64,000 nucleotides of DNA. It comes from Chiloscyllium plagiosum (taxonomy: Eukaryota). This document shows positions 1 to 13,163 of the stretch, one piece after another. The DNA is taken from contig NC_057744.1 of NCBI RefSeq assembly GCF_004010195.1, positions 29,727,377 through 29,791,376 on the forward strand. The letters are read 5' to 3'. Numbering within the stretch: position 1 is the stretch's first letter; each line of letters starts with the position of its first letter. Under the pieces are notes generated by a model. It saw only the letters and a list, made by a program, of their open reading frames with translations. It was not told the DNA's origin and did no database searches. The position numbers were made by a program, and so were the translations under genes.

Positions 1-566
1 CTGTTTAACCTCTTCATAATCTCTTGACCGCTCATCTGACAGTGTGGCAAATATCTCACTTGCTCTACCTACCAGTTTAGTCTGAACTAGCATTACCCAT
101 AAATCCTCCGGCCACTCCATCTGCTGAGCTTATTTTTCAAATGAAATAAAGAAGGTTTCAACATCTTTCTCATCAAAATGTGGCAGGGTTTTGACATATT
201 TGTATATATCACTACCTTCTCTTTTAATCTCCATTCTGTTAACTTGACTTTGCTGACTAAGTGACAGCTTCAAATTCAAATTCTCTCTTTTTGCTCAGCT
301 AAGAACATTCTCTCTCCCTCTCTCTTTTCTCTCTCTCTCCCTTTGTTTATCTTCTAATTCCATTTTCCTCAATTGTAATTTAAGTTTTTCTACCTCTACA
401 GCACTTGCCTGTTTCTCTGGCACACCGAAGCGTTTTCAGTAACTCCTTTACAACTTCAGCTTTCCTTTTGTCCTTGGTTAAACCTAAATCTAACTTATTT
501 GCTAATTCTAAAAGTATGGTCTTTTTCTTTCCTTCTCAGACCCTCTTCAGCAATTTTAAGAGCCAT
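1..566 (-). mobile_element. Decayed gag of a Gmr1-like Gypsy LTR retrotransposon (runs off window start)
   Basis: Minus-strand translation of about 210..1 gives DIYKYVKTLPHFDEKDVETFFISFEK*AQQMEWPEDLWVMLVQTKLVGRASEIFATLSDERSRDYEEVKQ, typical of fish Gmr1/Gypsy gag; ATG at 566; stops and frameshifts present. Confidence 0.8.
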
Positions 567-758
567 TTTTCTCACTTTTAATCTAATCAACTACAAGTCA
601 CTGAAATTAAACAAATTGTCTCACCTATGTTTTATAGAAAGATTTAGGACCCTTACCTGCAAGTGTGTAAGTTTGCTGCGATGTTTCGTACCAACCAAAT
701 CTATTCAAATCTGTCTTAAAGCTATTCAAATCACAAATCCAAGACCCAAACTGTTCAA

Positions 759-778
759 ATCCCGACAATGACCCCCCA
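759..778 (-). promoter_or_regulatory. Degenerate primer-binding site (tRNA-Pro-like)
   Basis: TGGGGGGTCATTGTCGGGAT lies 3 nt after the LTR end and resembles the tRNA-Pro PBS TGGGGGCTCGTCCGGGAT. Confidence 0.55.
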
Positions 779-1163
779 AACTGTTACAACACAAGGTAAA
801 CCCTCCTGCTTAATTTAACTTAGCTTCACAGAAAAGATTGATCCCGTGCAGCAATCTGTGAAAATTCGAGAAGCTAAGGACTATTTAAAGTAAAAATTAA
901 CAACTTTATTTTTTAAAAGTATAACAGAGAATAATTAACTAATAACTGCTTACAACTCCTTTCTCTAACCTATCTTTTACCTTCCCCTTCTACATAGAAC
1001 ATTACAGGCCCTTCAGCCCTTGATGTTGTGCCGCCCTGTGAAACCAATCTGAAGTCCATCTAACCGACACTATTCCATTCTCGTCCATATGCCTTTCCAA
1101 AGTCCATTTCAATTCCCGTAAAGGTGGCGAGTCTACAACTGTTGCAGGTAGTGAGTTCCACGC

Positions 1164-1277
1164 GGAGAAAGTGAGGGCTGCAGATGCTGGAGATCAGAGC
1201 TGAAAATGTGTTGCTGGAAAAGCGCAGCAGGTCAGGCAGCATCCAAGGAGCAGGAGAATCGACGTTTCGGGCATGAG
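1164..1277 (-). mobile_element. Penelope terminal-repeat fragment (family B)
   Basis: Near-identical to 16264-16394 and 62749-62877; exact 14-bp TSD agtgagttccacgc at 1150-1163 and 1278-1291. Confidence 0.85.
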
Positions 1278-1464
1278 AGTGAGTTCCACGCCCTTACTAC
1301 TCTCTGAGTAAAGAAACTACCTCTGACATCTGTCCTATATCTATCACCCCTCAATTTGAAGCTTCCTTGTACTAGCCATCATCATCCCAGGAAAAAGGGT
1401 CTCACTGTCCACCTGACTACCTTAATGTCGCGATCAAGTCACCTCTCAACCTCCTTCTGTCCAA

Positions 1465-3302
1465 ATTTGCACCCCAATATGCCAACATTTTCATGTACAG
1501 GTTCGAACAAGGCTTCTGCTCTATGCAAGACCTCCAACCATTACTATATACCAGGTACATTGACGACATTTTCTTCCTCTGGACCCATGGCAAGGAATCA
1601 CTGATAAAACTAAACAGTGATATCAACAAGTTTCATCCCACCATCAAACTCACCATGGACTACTCTCTACTATCTGTCTCATTCTTGAACACATGGACTC
1701 CATCAAGGATGGGCACCTCAGCATCTCACTCTACCACAAACCCATGGATAACCTCATGATGCTACACTTCTCCAGCTTCCACCCGAAACATATTAAACAG
1801 CCATTCCCTATGGACAAGCCCTACGCATAAACAGGGTCTGTTCAGATGAGGAGGAACGTGACAGGCACCTGGAAGTACTCAGGGACGCCTTCATAAGAAT
1901 GGGGTATGATTCTCAACTCATCGACTGCCAGTTCCAACATGCCACAGCGAGGAACCGTATTGACCTCCTCAGGAGACAAACACATGCTGTAACCGACAGG
2001 GTACCCTTCGTTGTTCAGTACTTCCCAGGAGCCGAACAACTATGCCATGTTCTTCGTGACCTGCAACACACTATCAATGAGGATGAGCACCTCACCAAAA
2101 CCTTCCCCACATGTCCACTGCTCGCCTTTAAATAGGCACCAAACCTCAAACAGATCATTGTTCGTAGCAAACTGCCTGGCTTTCAGGACGTTACCATACA
2201 ACCCTGTCATGATAGACGCTGCAAGATGTGTCAGAATGTAGACACGGATACCACAATTACGGGTGGGGACGCCTCCCACCATGTATGTGGCAGGTACTCA
2301 TATGGATGAGCCAACATTGTCTATCTCAAAAGCTGCAGGCAAGGATGCCCTGAGGCACGGTACATTGGCGAGACTAAGCAGAAGCTACGACAATGGATGA
2401 AGGGACGCCGCACAACAATCAACAGACAGGAGTGTTCCCTCCCAGTCGGAGAACACTTCAGCAGTCTGAGACATTCGACCTTGGACCTTCGGGTGACCAT
2501 CCTCCAAGGCAGACTTCGGGACAGGCAGCAACGAAAAGTGGCCGAGCAGAGGCTGATAGTCAAGTTCGGTACCCATAGGGAGGGCCTTAACTGGGAACTT
2601 GGGTTCATGTCACACTACAGGTGACCCCATTGCACTATACACAGACACACACTCTCCCACAGATACACACTCTCCCACAGACCCTCTCTCATACGCTCAC
2701 ACATACATTCCCACACAAACCCTCTCACTGACTTATACGCCTCTACACTTACATACACATCCTGTCTCACAGACATTCATAACCTCCCCCCTCCCCCCCC
2801 CCCCCCCCCCCCCACACACACACATACACATATAAGTTTGTGGGGTGAATTTGTACTTGCAGAATTATATTTTACTTTGCTCAAAAAACGCATGAATCCA
2901 TGTAAGATTCTGTAAATCTGTTTTTTAGATTAGAATCAGTCTGACCATTGTGGCACAGACAGCCTCACAGGGAAGCTCACACCTTCAATATGCTATCTGG
3001 GCCGACATGAGACCAATTGTTAAAGTTCACTTGAGAATGTAACTTTTTTAAAAAAGTTTTGCGTTTAACATATGAAAGAACTGAAATCAACATGTTCATT
3101 CTAGCAGATGAGAGACTTAACAAACAATCCAGGTCTTTTTCAATATATAATTTCAGTTACATCACATTGTAAACGTTTGCTACAAATTCTGTGTCTTACA
3201 ATCTTATTCTCCACAACCACCAGATGAAGGAGCAGCGCTCCGAAAGCTAGTGCTTCCAAATAAACCTGTTGGACTATAACCTGGTGTCGTGTGATTTTTA
3301 AC
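1465..3302 (+). mobile_element. 5'-truncated Penelope-like retroelement (RT C-terminal half, GIY-YIG endonuclease, 3' repeat of family A)
   Basis: FAPQYANIFM...YTRYIDDIFFLW RT motifs, CRQGCPEARYIGET...LPVGEHFS endonuclease motifs, CA/C-rich 3' UTR, terminal repeat at 3218-3302; TSD tctgtccaa at 1456-1464 and 3303-3311; frameshifted. Confidence 0.92.
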
Positions 3303-3789
3303 TCTGTCCAACGAAAACAGCCAAAGTCCCTCAGCCTTTCCTCGTAAGATCTTCTCTCCATACCAGGCAACATCCTGGTAAATCTCCTCTGAACGCTTTC
3401 CAAAGTTTCCACATCTTTCCTAAAATGTGGTGACCAGAACTGCACGCAATACTCCAAGTGCAATCGCACCAGAGTTTTGTACAGCTGCAGCATGACCTCG
3501 TGATTCCGAAACTCGATCCCTCTACTAATAAAAACTAACACATCAAAGGCCTTCTTAACAGCCCTATCAACCTGGATGGTAATTTCAAGGGATCTATGTG
3601 CATGGACACCGAGATCTCTCTGCTCATCTACACACCCAAGAATCTTACCATTCGCCCAATAATCTTTATTTCTGTTGCTCCTTCCAAGGTGAATCACCTC
3701 ACACTTTTTAACATTAAACTCCATTTGTCACCTCTCAGCCCAGCTCTGCAGCTTATCTACAATACTAGTCCGATAAAACCCTCAATTAA

Positions 3790-4238
3790 TAAAGAGCAAA
3801 GAAAATTTATAGACAAGGAACAGGCCCTTCGGCCCTCCAAGCCTGAGTTGATGCAAATCCACTCTCTAAACCTGTCGCCCAATTCCTAAGTATCTGTATC
3901 CTTCTGCTCCCCACCTACTCATGCATCTGTCCAGATGCATCTTAAATGAATCTACCGTGCCTGCCTCTACTACCTCTGCTAGCAACACGTTTCAGACACC
4001 TACCACCCTCTGTGTACTTTCTGTGTGTATCCCTCTTAAACTTTTCACCTCTCACCTTGAAAGTATGACCTCTTGTTATTGAATCCCTCATCCTGGGAAA
4101 AAGCTTATCTCTATCTACCCTGTCTATACCCTTCATGATTTTGTAGACCTCAATCAGGTCTCCTCAATCTCTGTTTTTCTAATGAAAACAATCCTAACAT
4201 ACTCAACCACTCTTCATAGTTAGCACCTTCCATACCAG
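3790..4238 (-). mobile_element. CR1 LINE 3' fragment
   Basis: MKGIDRVDRDKLFPRMRDSITRGH in ORF 3942-4136 followed by a CR1-type 3' UTR. Confidence 0.85.
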
Positions 4239-4711
4239 AAGATTTACCAAAAATTCAAATTTCAAAACCAGGCGCTGTCGAATCTTTTCTTTGTATCTTC
4301 CTCTGTCTTCTTTTCTTCTTCTTAGAGATTAAGTTTCACGGGTCACGGATCGATAAAGGTAACTTTAAGAGAGCTATTTTTCAGACAGTCTGTACATGCT
4401 GGTGGCTTGGCAGTTCTCCCCCAACTGTTCAATTTGTACCGGCCTTATACCCTCATAGCATCAGATTGTGTCATTGACTTTTAATATTGTCAATATACTA
4501 AATGCAAACTTGATTGGGATTTGGTATTTTTCAAATTATAAATAAACTGATTGGCCTAATTTGAACTTTTTTTTATCTCCAGGCAACCAGCTACACCAGC
4601 TGCTTGACCAAAAGGTTATATTGTATCTTGTTCAGAACACTTGGTGCTGTCGGGTAGATCTGCTAGCTTTTAACTTTCTTAAAAGGTACGCTCACCCGCA
4701 TCTTCATAACA

Positions 4712-5290
4712 CATTCCATGCCCTAACCACTTGCTGGATGAAAACGTTTTTTCTCACATCGCCGTTACTTCTTTTGCACATGATTTTAAAGTTATGCCCT
4801 CTCAGTCTGGTTCCTTTTACAAGCAGGAGCAGCTTCTTCCTTGCTCCTCTATCTCGTCCTCTAACAATTTGGAAATACTCTACCAAATCTTCTCTCCAAA
4901 GAGAACGGCCCCTTAAAACCCATTGTCATAACAGAAGCTTCTCATTCCTGAAGCAATCAATCATTCCTGCACTCTCCCCAATGCATTCAGATCTTTCCTA
5001 TTATGTAGCACCCACAACTATACAAAATACTGTGGCTGTGATCAATCAAGTGTCATCTAAGGTCCCTTCCTTCCTCTTGTACTCTATGCTAACAACACTG
5101 CGTGCTTTATTACCTGCTGTCTCCACTTGTCCTGCCACTTCCATTGATCTGTGCAAACACACACCCAGCTCCCTCTGTTCCTGCACTCCCTTTCAGAATT
5201 GTACCCTATATTTGATATTGTCTTTCAATGTTCTTCCTACCAAGGTATAACACCTCACAATTCTCTGAATTGAGACACATCAGCCACCAT
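4712..5290 (-). mobile_element. Old CR1 fragment abutting the LTR
   Basis: TRLRGHNFKI...VRKNVFIQQVVRAWNVL in ORF 4704-4886. Confidence 0.75.
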
Positions 5291-6164
5291 CATCTACAGA
5301 TCAAAGGCCTTTGGAGTGCTACACTGTCCTCAGTTTACAATTTTCTCCAAGTTTCATTATCAGAGATGAGGGAAGGGGAGGTCTCCTGGGTCCTAGTGAG
5401 CACATCACTTGGGGCTCATTACCCCATCAGGATGAAGGAGTTTGGTCTGCGGCAGATCAGGGAGCAACTTGGGCATGCTCAATAGGCACCTGACTGCTTG
5501 GTGTTACTCCACTCAAGACTGAGACTGAATATTATTCCTTCTCGTTGTATTTAATTCCGCATGTGTTTCAGACGTGTGTTTACTATGATCTCAGTGGGAG
5601 GGTGGAGGAGCCAATGGGATGGGAATACTCTTTCTGGGTTTAATCATTGTACTCTGCATGACATGGGATGGAATTTCTGTCACAGGGTTACATTTCAATT
5701 TCACCAACAAATTCTTAAAGCAAACAGTTCATGAAGACAAATGTTACATGTTAACAATTCAAAGATTTAAGTTTCCCTGCGTACGGTTTTATATTGCACT
5801 GGCCAAAGTTTCGTTGAGGAGGATTTTGGCTTAAGAAACAAGTTAATAAAGCACCATTGAATCTAATGTGACTGTACTATATCATGTGATGGGTGTGTTA
5901 AAAACTGAACACAGGAAATGAAACACTTGACATTGTCATGTACAACTGGAGAACATGAACACTGTGACACTGGAGCTCAGCATTTGAGCAGATCGTGTCG
6001 TTTTGCAACTGGTGACAAGAATTGTGCCATCAAGATAGCAAATCAGGAATCAAACAAGCCAGCTTAATCCCTAGAGATGGTGCCACCATCTCCTCACATA
6101 AATAGTCCCATAACATTCCCATGTGATTGCAAGAGATGTTATTTTCATTATGTCTCCCTTTTAT

Positions 6165-7870
6165 CATAGAGAAGGAAAAAGGAACAGGAGTAGGCCATTT
6201 AACCCTTCGAGCCTGCTCCGTCATTCAATATCATCATAATTAATCGTCCAATTCCATACACAGTTCCAACTTTCACTCCATATCCTTGATCCCTTTAGTC
6301 CTAAGAACTGGGATCTAACTCTTTCTTGAAAACATTTAATGTATTGGTCTCAACTGTTTTCTCTGACAGAGAATTCCACAGATTCATCACTCTCTGGGTG
6401 AAAAAGAGAAGTCTCCTCATCTCAATCCTAAATTCCCTACCCTGTCTCATCTATGGCACCTTATTCTGGATTCCCCAGTTATCCGGAACATCCTTCCTGC
6501 ATTTACCCTGTATGTCCTGTTAAATTTTTTAAAGTTTCTATAAGATCACCCCTCATTCTTGTAAACGCCATTGATATAGTCCAGTCACACTTCATACGTC
6601 AGTCTTGTCATCCCAGGAATCAGTCTGGTAAACCTCTATTACACTTCTTCCTTTGCCAGAATATTCTTCCGCAGATAAGGAGCTCAAAACTACACACAGT
6701 ACACAGGTGTGATCTCAGCAAGGCCCTGTACAGCCGTAACATGACATGCTCCTGTCCTCAGTTCTCTCACTATGAAGGTAAACATTTGCGTCCTTCATTG
6801 TGTACTGCACCTACATGCTTACTTTCAGTGACTGGTGTACAAGGACATCCAGACCTTGTTGCATCTTGCCCTTTCCCAATCAATCACCATCAGATCATGC
6901 CTGTCTGCCAGCCAGTTTGCTATTCATGTCCGTACATGGCCTCCAATTCCACGTGCTTTAAGTTTTCCATTCTCATCTCTTACGGGAGACCTGATTGAAC
7001 ACCTTCTGAAAATCCAAGTAAAACACATCCACTGTCTCATTTTCAACGTAAACTTCAAATAGATTTCCGTTTTGTAAACCATGCTCACAATCTTGTTTCA
7101 TTTTTTGCTATTAAAGTTTTATTCTGGACTCTAAAATTTTCCCTCCTACCAATATCAGACTATCACTTTATTCCCCGATCTAACTTCCCCTGTTTCTGAC
7201 TTTAATAACATCCCCAATACTACCACTATAACTTGGGGGTCTGTATACAAGCCCATTGTTATTTTCTTCCTCTTAGGGTTTCTAAATTCTACTCATAACG
7301 ATTCCAATTCACCAGAGCTGATATTGTTTCTTACTGTCACATTAATTTTGTCTTTAACTAGTAATGCTACTCCACTTCCTTCTCCATTTTTGTCCATTTT
7401 TCCTAAAATCTGGATACCCCTGGATATTCAGTTCCCATCCTGGTCACCTTGTAGTCACATCTCCATAATCCCTAACATATCCATTTGTATCTATTTGAGA
7501 AATTAATTCATCCACTTTTTCACAAATTCAGTAACAAGGCCTTAAACCTTGTCTTTCTACCATTTTCAGTCCTGTTCATGTTAATTTGCACTGTGCCTCA
7601 AATTCTCCACTAATCACTTCTCTTATTTTCCCATTCTGTCTGTATAGATTTCCAATCCCCTGCCATGTTAGTTTAAACCCTCTTCAACCACACTAGCAAA
7701 TACTCCCTCTAGGGGGTCAGTTCTGGCACTACCTAGGTGTAACTCATCCTGTATACACTGTTCCCACCTCCCAGAACTGGTCATAATGCCCCTGGAATCT
7801 GCAACCCTGCCTCTTGTGCCATGTCTCCAGTTACATAGTCATCAGATATATCCTGTTATTTCTACTTTGA
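6165..7870 (-). mobile_element. Decayed CR1 with internal deletions (3' end, RT and endonuclease remnants)
   Basis: CR1 3' UTR ggagtaggccatt..., GCVYLDFQKV-like RT motif near 7000-7030 and D-x-x-GI-x-E endonuclease-like motif near 7440-7480. Confidence 0.7.
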
Positions 7871-8850
7871 CTGCAGATAGCAAACAAATTTAGGCTTTGG
7901 GCCAAGTGCTGGAAAATTGGATTAGAACATATCGATGCTTGATTGCCACTGCATGCACAATGGACCTCTTTTCATGCTGTGAATATTCTACAACATGATT
8001 TTAAAGGTAAATTTGATCAATTTTTAAATGTAAAAGTAGTCTCTGCTGAGACCATCAAGAATTGCCATTGCAAACTATATATGAAGTCATCATAGTGAGG
8101 TATTGGGAAAAGTTTTCAATAAGCAAAAACTCTGCCTTGGCTACGATACTGTCACTGTGCAAAGCTGTGTGCAAGTCATTTCAAATCACTTTCCCAACTT
8201 TTAATCTTTCTGTAGTTTGGTTTCTTAGCTTCTCATCTAATTTCTTGTGGCTTTTCCATCCTTATTTCCTTCAATGATGGAAAGCATCAGAGACTTGTAT
8301 GCATTGGGATATATCATGATGAAATATGTCCCATCAGCGTGATTTCTGAATGGGTTCGACCTTGCCGATGTCCTATACTCTGGGCTACAGCCCCTTTTGG
8401 TTCCTCAGGCAGAATAAATATAAAATTCATTCTTTGAGCAATACTTAACTTGGAGTCTAGTCCCTATTGACAGCAACTATTCATTGGTGGTGCATCTCAG
8501 CGCAAGTTAATCATTACTTCAATAACTCAAAGGCCTTGTCACCATGAAGAAGTGTTTGGAAAATTAGCTTATTTTCAGAGCAAGCACATCACCACAGGGA
8601 TAATTTTACCCTCCAAAATATTCACAGTTTATGAAAGTAAACATTTGACATTGAAGTTTACAAAAACAGCAATATATTTTTCTCTGTACAATATATTTGC
8701 AATCTTTTTGATACTTATAACATACATTCCATGTCAAGCTTGAAGATTTATTCAAGTTAGCCCTGAGCATCCCTTAACAAGCAGATCACATAGTCATCCA
8801 AATCCACTCAATTCTCCAAAGAAAGCTGAGCATTGAGCATCTTCATTAAC

Positions 8851-9172
8851 ATTAGAGCATACCATTCAGATTGGAGTGTCCAATACAAGTTGGAATATAT
8901 TATTCAGATTGCAATGTACAATTCAAATTGGAGTGTGCCATTCAGGTTAGAGTGTAGAATTCAGATTGAGTATATCATTCATGAGTGTACCATTCAGATT
9001 GGAACATACTAATCAGATTGGAGCGTCCAATTAAAATTGGAGTATACAATTCAGATTGCAGTGCTCAATTCAGATTGAGTATACCATTCAGATTAGAGTG
9101 TAGAATTCATATTGAGTATATTATTCATGAGTGTAGCATTCAGATTGGAGTGTGCCATTCAGATTGGATGTG
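8851..9172. repeat. Degenerate 19-bp minisatellite, about 16-17 units
   Basis: Unit cattcagattggagtgt(a/g)c, e.g. starts at 9137 and 9156. Confidence 0.9.
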
Positions 9173-9799
9173 TCTTGACTCAATGACTGACATAACATAA
9201 AGGTTAATTTCAAAATTCACAGTAAAGGCACAAATCAGAGTTCAAAGCTAATTTGAATCCATGTTGCTAGAGCAGTAGTCTGGGGTTCAGAAGAATTAGT
9301 CCATTAGTGATATTACCATTGAAGCTCCATCTCAATGCTCAGGTTTCCTTCGTCCCATGGGTTTCCCACCTATAGCCAATTGTATTGACTAATGGGTTTG
9401 CTTTATCTAGAGGGCAATTCTGCAGAACAAGGCCACCATTAAACTGGATTGAGAGCAGGTAAGGCTGATGAGGGGCTGACAGAGATTGCTGATGATCAGG
9501 CGAGGATGTCTGATGAAGGGATTATCTTATCCAGGGCCCTGACACTTGTCAAGGGGACCCAGTCAAGAGGAGGGGATTGACAGGCAGTTCATGGGGCTGG
9601 ATTTGTAGGGTTTTCTTGCTGTACAGGAAGGAATGATTCCTGTCCTTTCTGGTCAAGCAATTTTATAAAGGCTTATGGATTCAACTATCCTCCTGTAGTT
9701 TAAAAAAAAGGAATCAGTATTAAAATGAAGGTGCATAAATTCTTTAAAATATTCAAATGATAGCCCCATAACCTGACTCACTAGCCTTTATCTTGGTTT

Positions 9800-10330
9800 T
9801 GTTATGAAGGTAAGGTGTATACTGTATCTTTAAGAGAGAGAGGACGTAGTAAAGACTGACTGAAAGCACAGTGTCTCGAACAATTTAAACATGTAACACT
9901 TGGGGATCCAAGATGGAGGCGACCCAGTAAGACTGAGTCTATAGTGCTCCTCCCAAGACTTGGGCACAGTGGGTCACTTGGTTGAAACAAAAAGCTGGAG
10001 TTGCATTGCCATGGAATAAAAACAAGTTCAAATTCAGCCAATCTGTTTAAATTATGCCCCAGGTACCAAAATCCAATCGAATTTGAACTTAGTGTTTTGG
10101 ATATAAAACCGGACATTTTGAACAGTTCGGGAGAACTGCAAAAAAGCCAACAAGTATAGACTGCTCACCGAATAGCTATCTGAATGGTATCTATGCATAA
10201 GAAATTTGTACAGCAGAACACCAAAGCCAACCTAGAGAAAAATCTACAAAGGAAAATTGACAAAGGAGAATGGGTAAAGCTGACTTGGTTTTGAAATATG
10301 ATTTCTTTTTGTAAATCTTAATTGTTTTTT
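9800..10330 (+). mobile_element. Partial LTR related to the Gypsy LTR at 782-4711
   Basis: Begins TGTTATGAAG...TGTA..CTTTAAGA like the 4711 end and shares the aattcagccaatc...aaaatccaatc motif; 3' end not found. Confidence 0.6.
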
Positions 10331-11191
10331 TTAATCCCATTAGGGAGAGAAGTCCAGGTTTTTGACCCAGTGACAGTGGAGGAACGGTGATATATTTCCA
10401 GGTCAGGAAGGTGAGAGGTTTGGATGGGATCGTACAGGTGGTAGTGTTCCCATATGGCACAGGATGCATGACTTCTTGACTCAGAAGTAAAAATGTGAGC
10501 GAAGTACAATAGTGAGGGAAGAGAACATTCAAACTCATTTAAGATTTAATAAGACTGATGTCCCAGAGTTGCTGCTGCATTTGACTTTACTGCACTGGAG
10601 AGAGGATGAACATGGTTTCAATGAATTCTGACTGATAACATAAAAGCCACCACTATGATGGTTGATCATGATCTACTTAAGTGTGGATGGTGCTTAGTCA
10701 ACATCTGAACAAACTGATAAAATATAACATTAACCATTGCTTACAATCATACTCAGTGACATAGTGTGGATTGATTAAATTGTAAAATGGAAATCCTGGT
10801 GATTATCTATAATGGTAAAATGGCCATCGTGCATGCACAGACACAGTCTGTGATGTCAGGAGGTCACTTCAGAGTAGGCTGCAGGGAAAATCTACACAAG
10901 TATCAAAAGTGTCATAGTGTTCTGTGTGCCGGGACATCACCATCAGACTGTTTGCCAAAGGCACTGGTGGGATGGGCAAGGCAGAGGCTGGGATTCCAGC
11001 GGGAGCAGGATACCTACACCAGGCAATTAAAAATCTGGAGAATGTGTATAAAGACATATTTCATCCAGCACCATCTTTGAGACTGGTTGCTTTCCAACAC
11101 GTACCACAAACAATAACTTCCTTTTTGAGCCTTTGCTCTCTTTATGCCACCTACAGGCAATGTTTACATGAATCGTCGACAATGGAACTAT

Positions 11192-11310
11192 TAGGCCGTC
11201 TTGTGACACAATGGTAGTGTCCCTACCTCTGGAATGAGGAGCCCTGCATTCGAGTCCCACCTAATCCAGTGGTGTGCAATAATATCTCTGAACTGGTTGA
11301 TTGGAAAAGT
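11192..11310 (+). mobile_element. Short tRNA-derived SINE
   Basis: A-box-like tgacacaatggt and B-box-like ttcgagtccc; second copy on the minus strand at about 16042-16147. Confidence 0.65.
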
Positions 11311-12187
11311 AGGCTTTTTTTAAAGAAAAACTTGCACTAAGGGGTGTCCTTCCAAACTAGGGAAAGCTTGGTGTGTTGTAAAATTGGACATTCCACCTGG
11401 CTCATGTGATTTTAGACCTTGTGGCTGATACTGATATTCTTTACCATGATCAGCTCAACAAAAGCAATACATAAAATAGTGGCGGAGCAAGGAAAGAGAG
11501 ACACATGCTTCAGAGAAAAAAAAACTAGCAGGGATCTTTTATTTTTCACAGGCATGCAATTTCCCGAGGCTGGAGAGGAGGACAGCCTCACAGCTGCAAG
11601 TAATTTTTGTGTCACAATAATGCCACGAGCAAGCATCCCAGTTTATGTTTGTAACCAAGTCACCCGCTTTCATGTGATGAATTGGGTCACTGCAGCAGTG
11701 TGTCAAGGGGGGGAGAAGAATTGTCAAACATCTTTTATGAGGGTCCAGGCTCAGGATGGGGTTTCCAGGAACTCTCAGTGTACATGTGATGGACAGATTG
11801 GCCCAAATAATTTTTAAATTATTTTGTCCAACTCCTTGCAGCCTCCAGGGGCTGTAAGCAGAGAAAAAGCATGATCAATTTTTCACAATGACGTGTAATT
11901 GCTGTGCTACTGAATCTGAACCTCAATCTGCAGGTGCTGTGCCGGCTGTTTGATGGACTGGCTGACTCAACAGGTCATTAACCCTTTGCCCTCTCCGCGA
12001 TAAGATCTTTATTGGTGTTCATGACGTACAGATACAGTATCTCTTTCTGTAAAACCTACCACTGGTCAATTCTTATTGTATCATCAGAACATTTCATGGT
12101 TGTTTGAGAGATTCGACTGGGTTTTCCCTTAATGATTGCAACCATCAAGTTCCGTGGCTTTGCAAGCAGCCTCAGGTGAGTACAATG

Positions 12188-12510
12188 TTGGGGAAGTGAT
12201 GGCCTAGCAGCATTACCATTGGACTAACAATCCAGGTTAATATTCTGGGGACTTTGGTTCAAAACTCAGTGAGGTAGAATTTGCGCTCAATGAAGTTGTA
12301 GAACGAAGCGTCCAATGAAACCATTGTCGATTGTTGGGAAAACTCCATCTGGTTCATATATGTCCTTTAGAGAATGTAACAGCTGTCCTTAGATGTATGT
12401 GACTCCAGGCCCACAGCAGAGCTGTCTCATAACTGTCCTCTGGGCTGTTAGGGATGGACAATAAACTCTGACCTAATCAGTGGCCACATCCTGTGAATGG
12501 ATTTTTTTAA
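12188..12510 (+). mobile_element. tRNA-headed SINE sharing both ends with a LINE (see findings)
   Basis: tggcctag A-box, ggttcaaa B-box, ccatctggttca...tgtcctttag body, tail agggatggacaataaa...cacatcctgtgaatg matching 24895-24955; shorter copy at about 54978-55220. Confidence 0.75.
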
Positions 12511-13163
12511 AATAAAGGTCCTAACTTCTGATTATTCCAGCAGACAATCTATTGACTGCACTGCAAGCTTGGCCCACGTTTCCTCAATGATTTCTCAGGA
12601 TAAACAGAGAAGATGCCATGCTGCCCATTGAAACATCAGCCTTTGGTACACTCTAGTAGCCTTATTTGGAGAATTTTCAGTATGAGGATTCAATTTATGG
12701 TGAAGAGTGATCACATCATTTGTTAAGATCAATGTATTTTTCTCTCTTGACTATGTTCTAATCTTTGGTAATTCTACATTCCTGCCAGGAAAGTCTAAAA
12801 TGAACAAACAACATCACTCTAGGGAACCTGGTGCCCTATGTTGGAAACAAATATAATGGCATAACATGAGTTAGAACCAGAGTGAGAAGAGAACCTGCAC
12901 TGTTGGTGTCACTGTGCATTACAAACCAGTCGTCTAGCCAACTGAGCTAACCAACCCTCAATTAGTACAGAATTATTGTATTATTGATTAAAAGACACAT
13001 TTTGTCCAAGCTTCTCATCTTGCACTCATCAGGACAATTCACAAGAATAGCAATTTAAGTGGAAATCCAACATTTATGCTGTATTTGAAGACAATACTAA
13101 GTGGTAGGTAGGTGAGCTTTGATTATTACAGGCATTGCCTTGGAGAATGCACCAACTAATTCT

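Larger units (their letters stand above)
995..3760 (-). mobile_element. 5'-truncated CR1 LINE, interrupted by Penelope sequences
   Basis: RT C-terminus MEFNVKKCEVIHLGR...RDLGV...HLEYCVQFWSPHFRKD...QRRFTRMLPG in ORF 3140-3724; tail GTTCTATG near 993-1000; candidate TSD tctaca at 989-994 and 3756-3761. Confidence 0.9.
782..4711 (-). mobile_element. 5' LTR of the Gypsy element, split by later insertions (LTR pieces about 782-994, 3761-3790, 4238-4711)
   Basis: Minus strand begins TGTTATG (4711) and ends TGTAACA (782), followed by PBS and gag; its start resembles the LTR fragment at 9800. Confidence 0.7.

Noticed and set aside
2785-2813. Poly-C run (G-quadruplex potential on the minus strand)
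   Set aside because: Part of the low-complexity Penelope 3' UTR; no evidence of a separate role.
3140-3724. 194-aa ORF
   Set aside because: Chance fusion of a CR1 RT C-terminus with the antisense Penelope end at an insertion junction.
4561-5250. 229-aa ORF
   Set aside because: Antisense read-through of LTR and CR1 sequence with no recognisable protein.
8851-9172. Regularly spaced repeats resembling a CRISPR array
   Set aside because: Contiguous degenerate 19-bp units, no unique spacers, no cas genes, vertebrate context.
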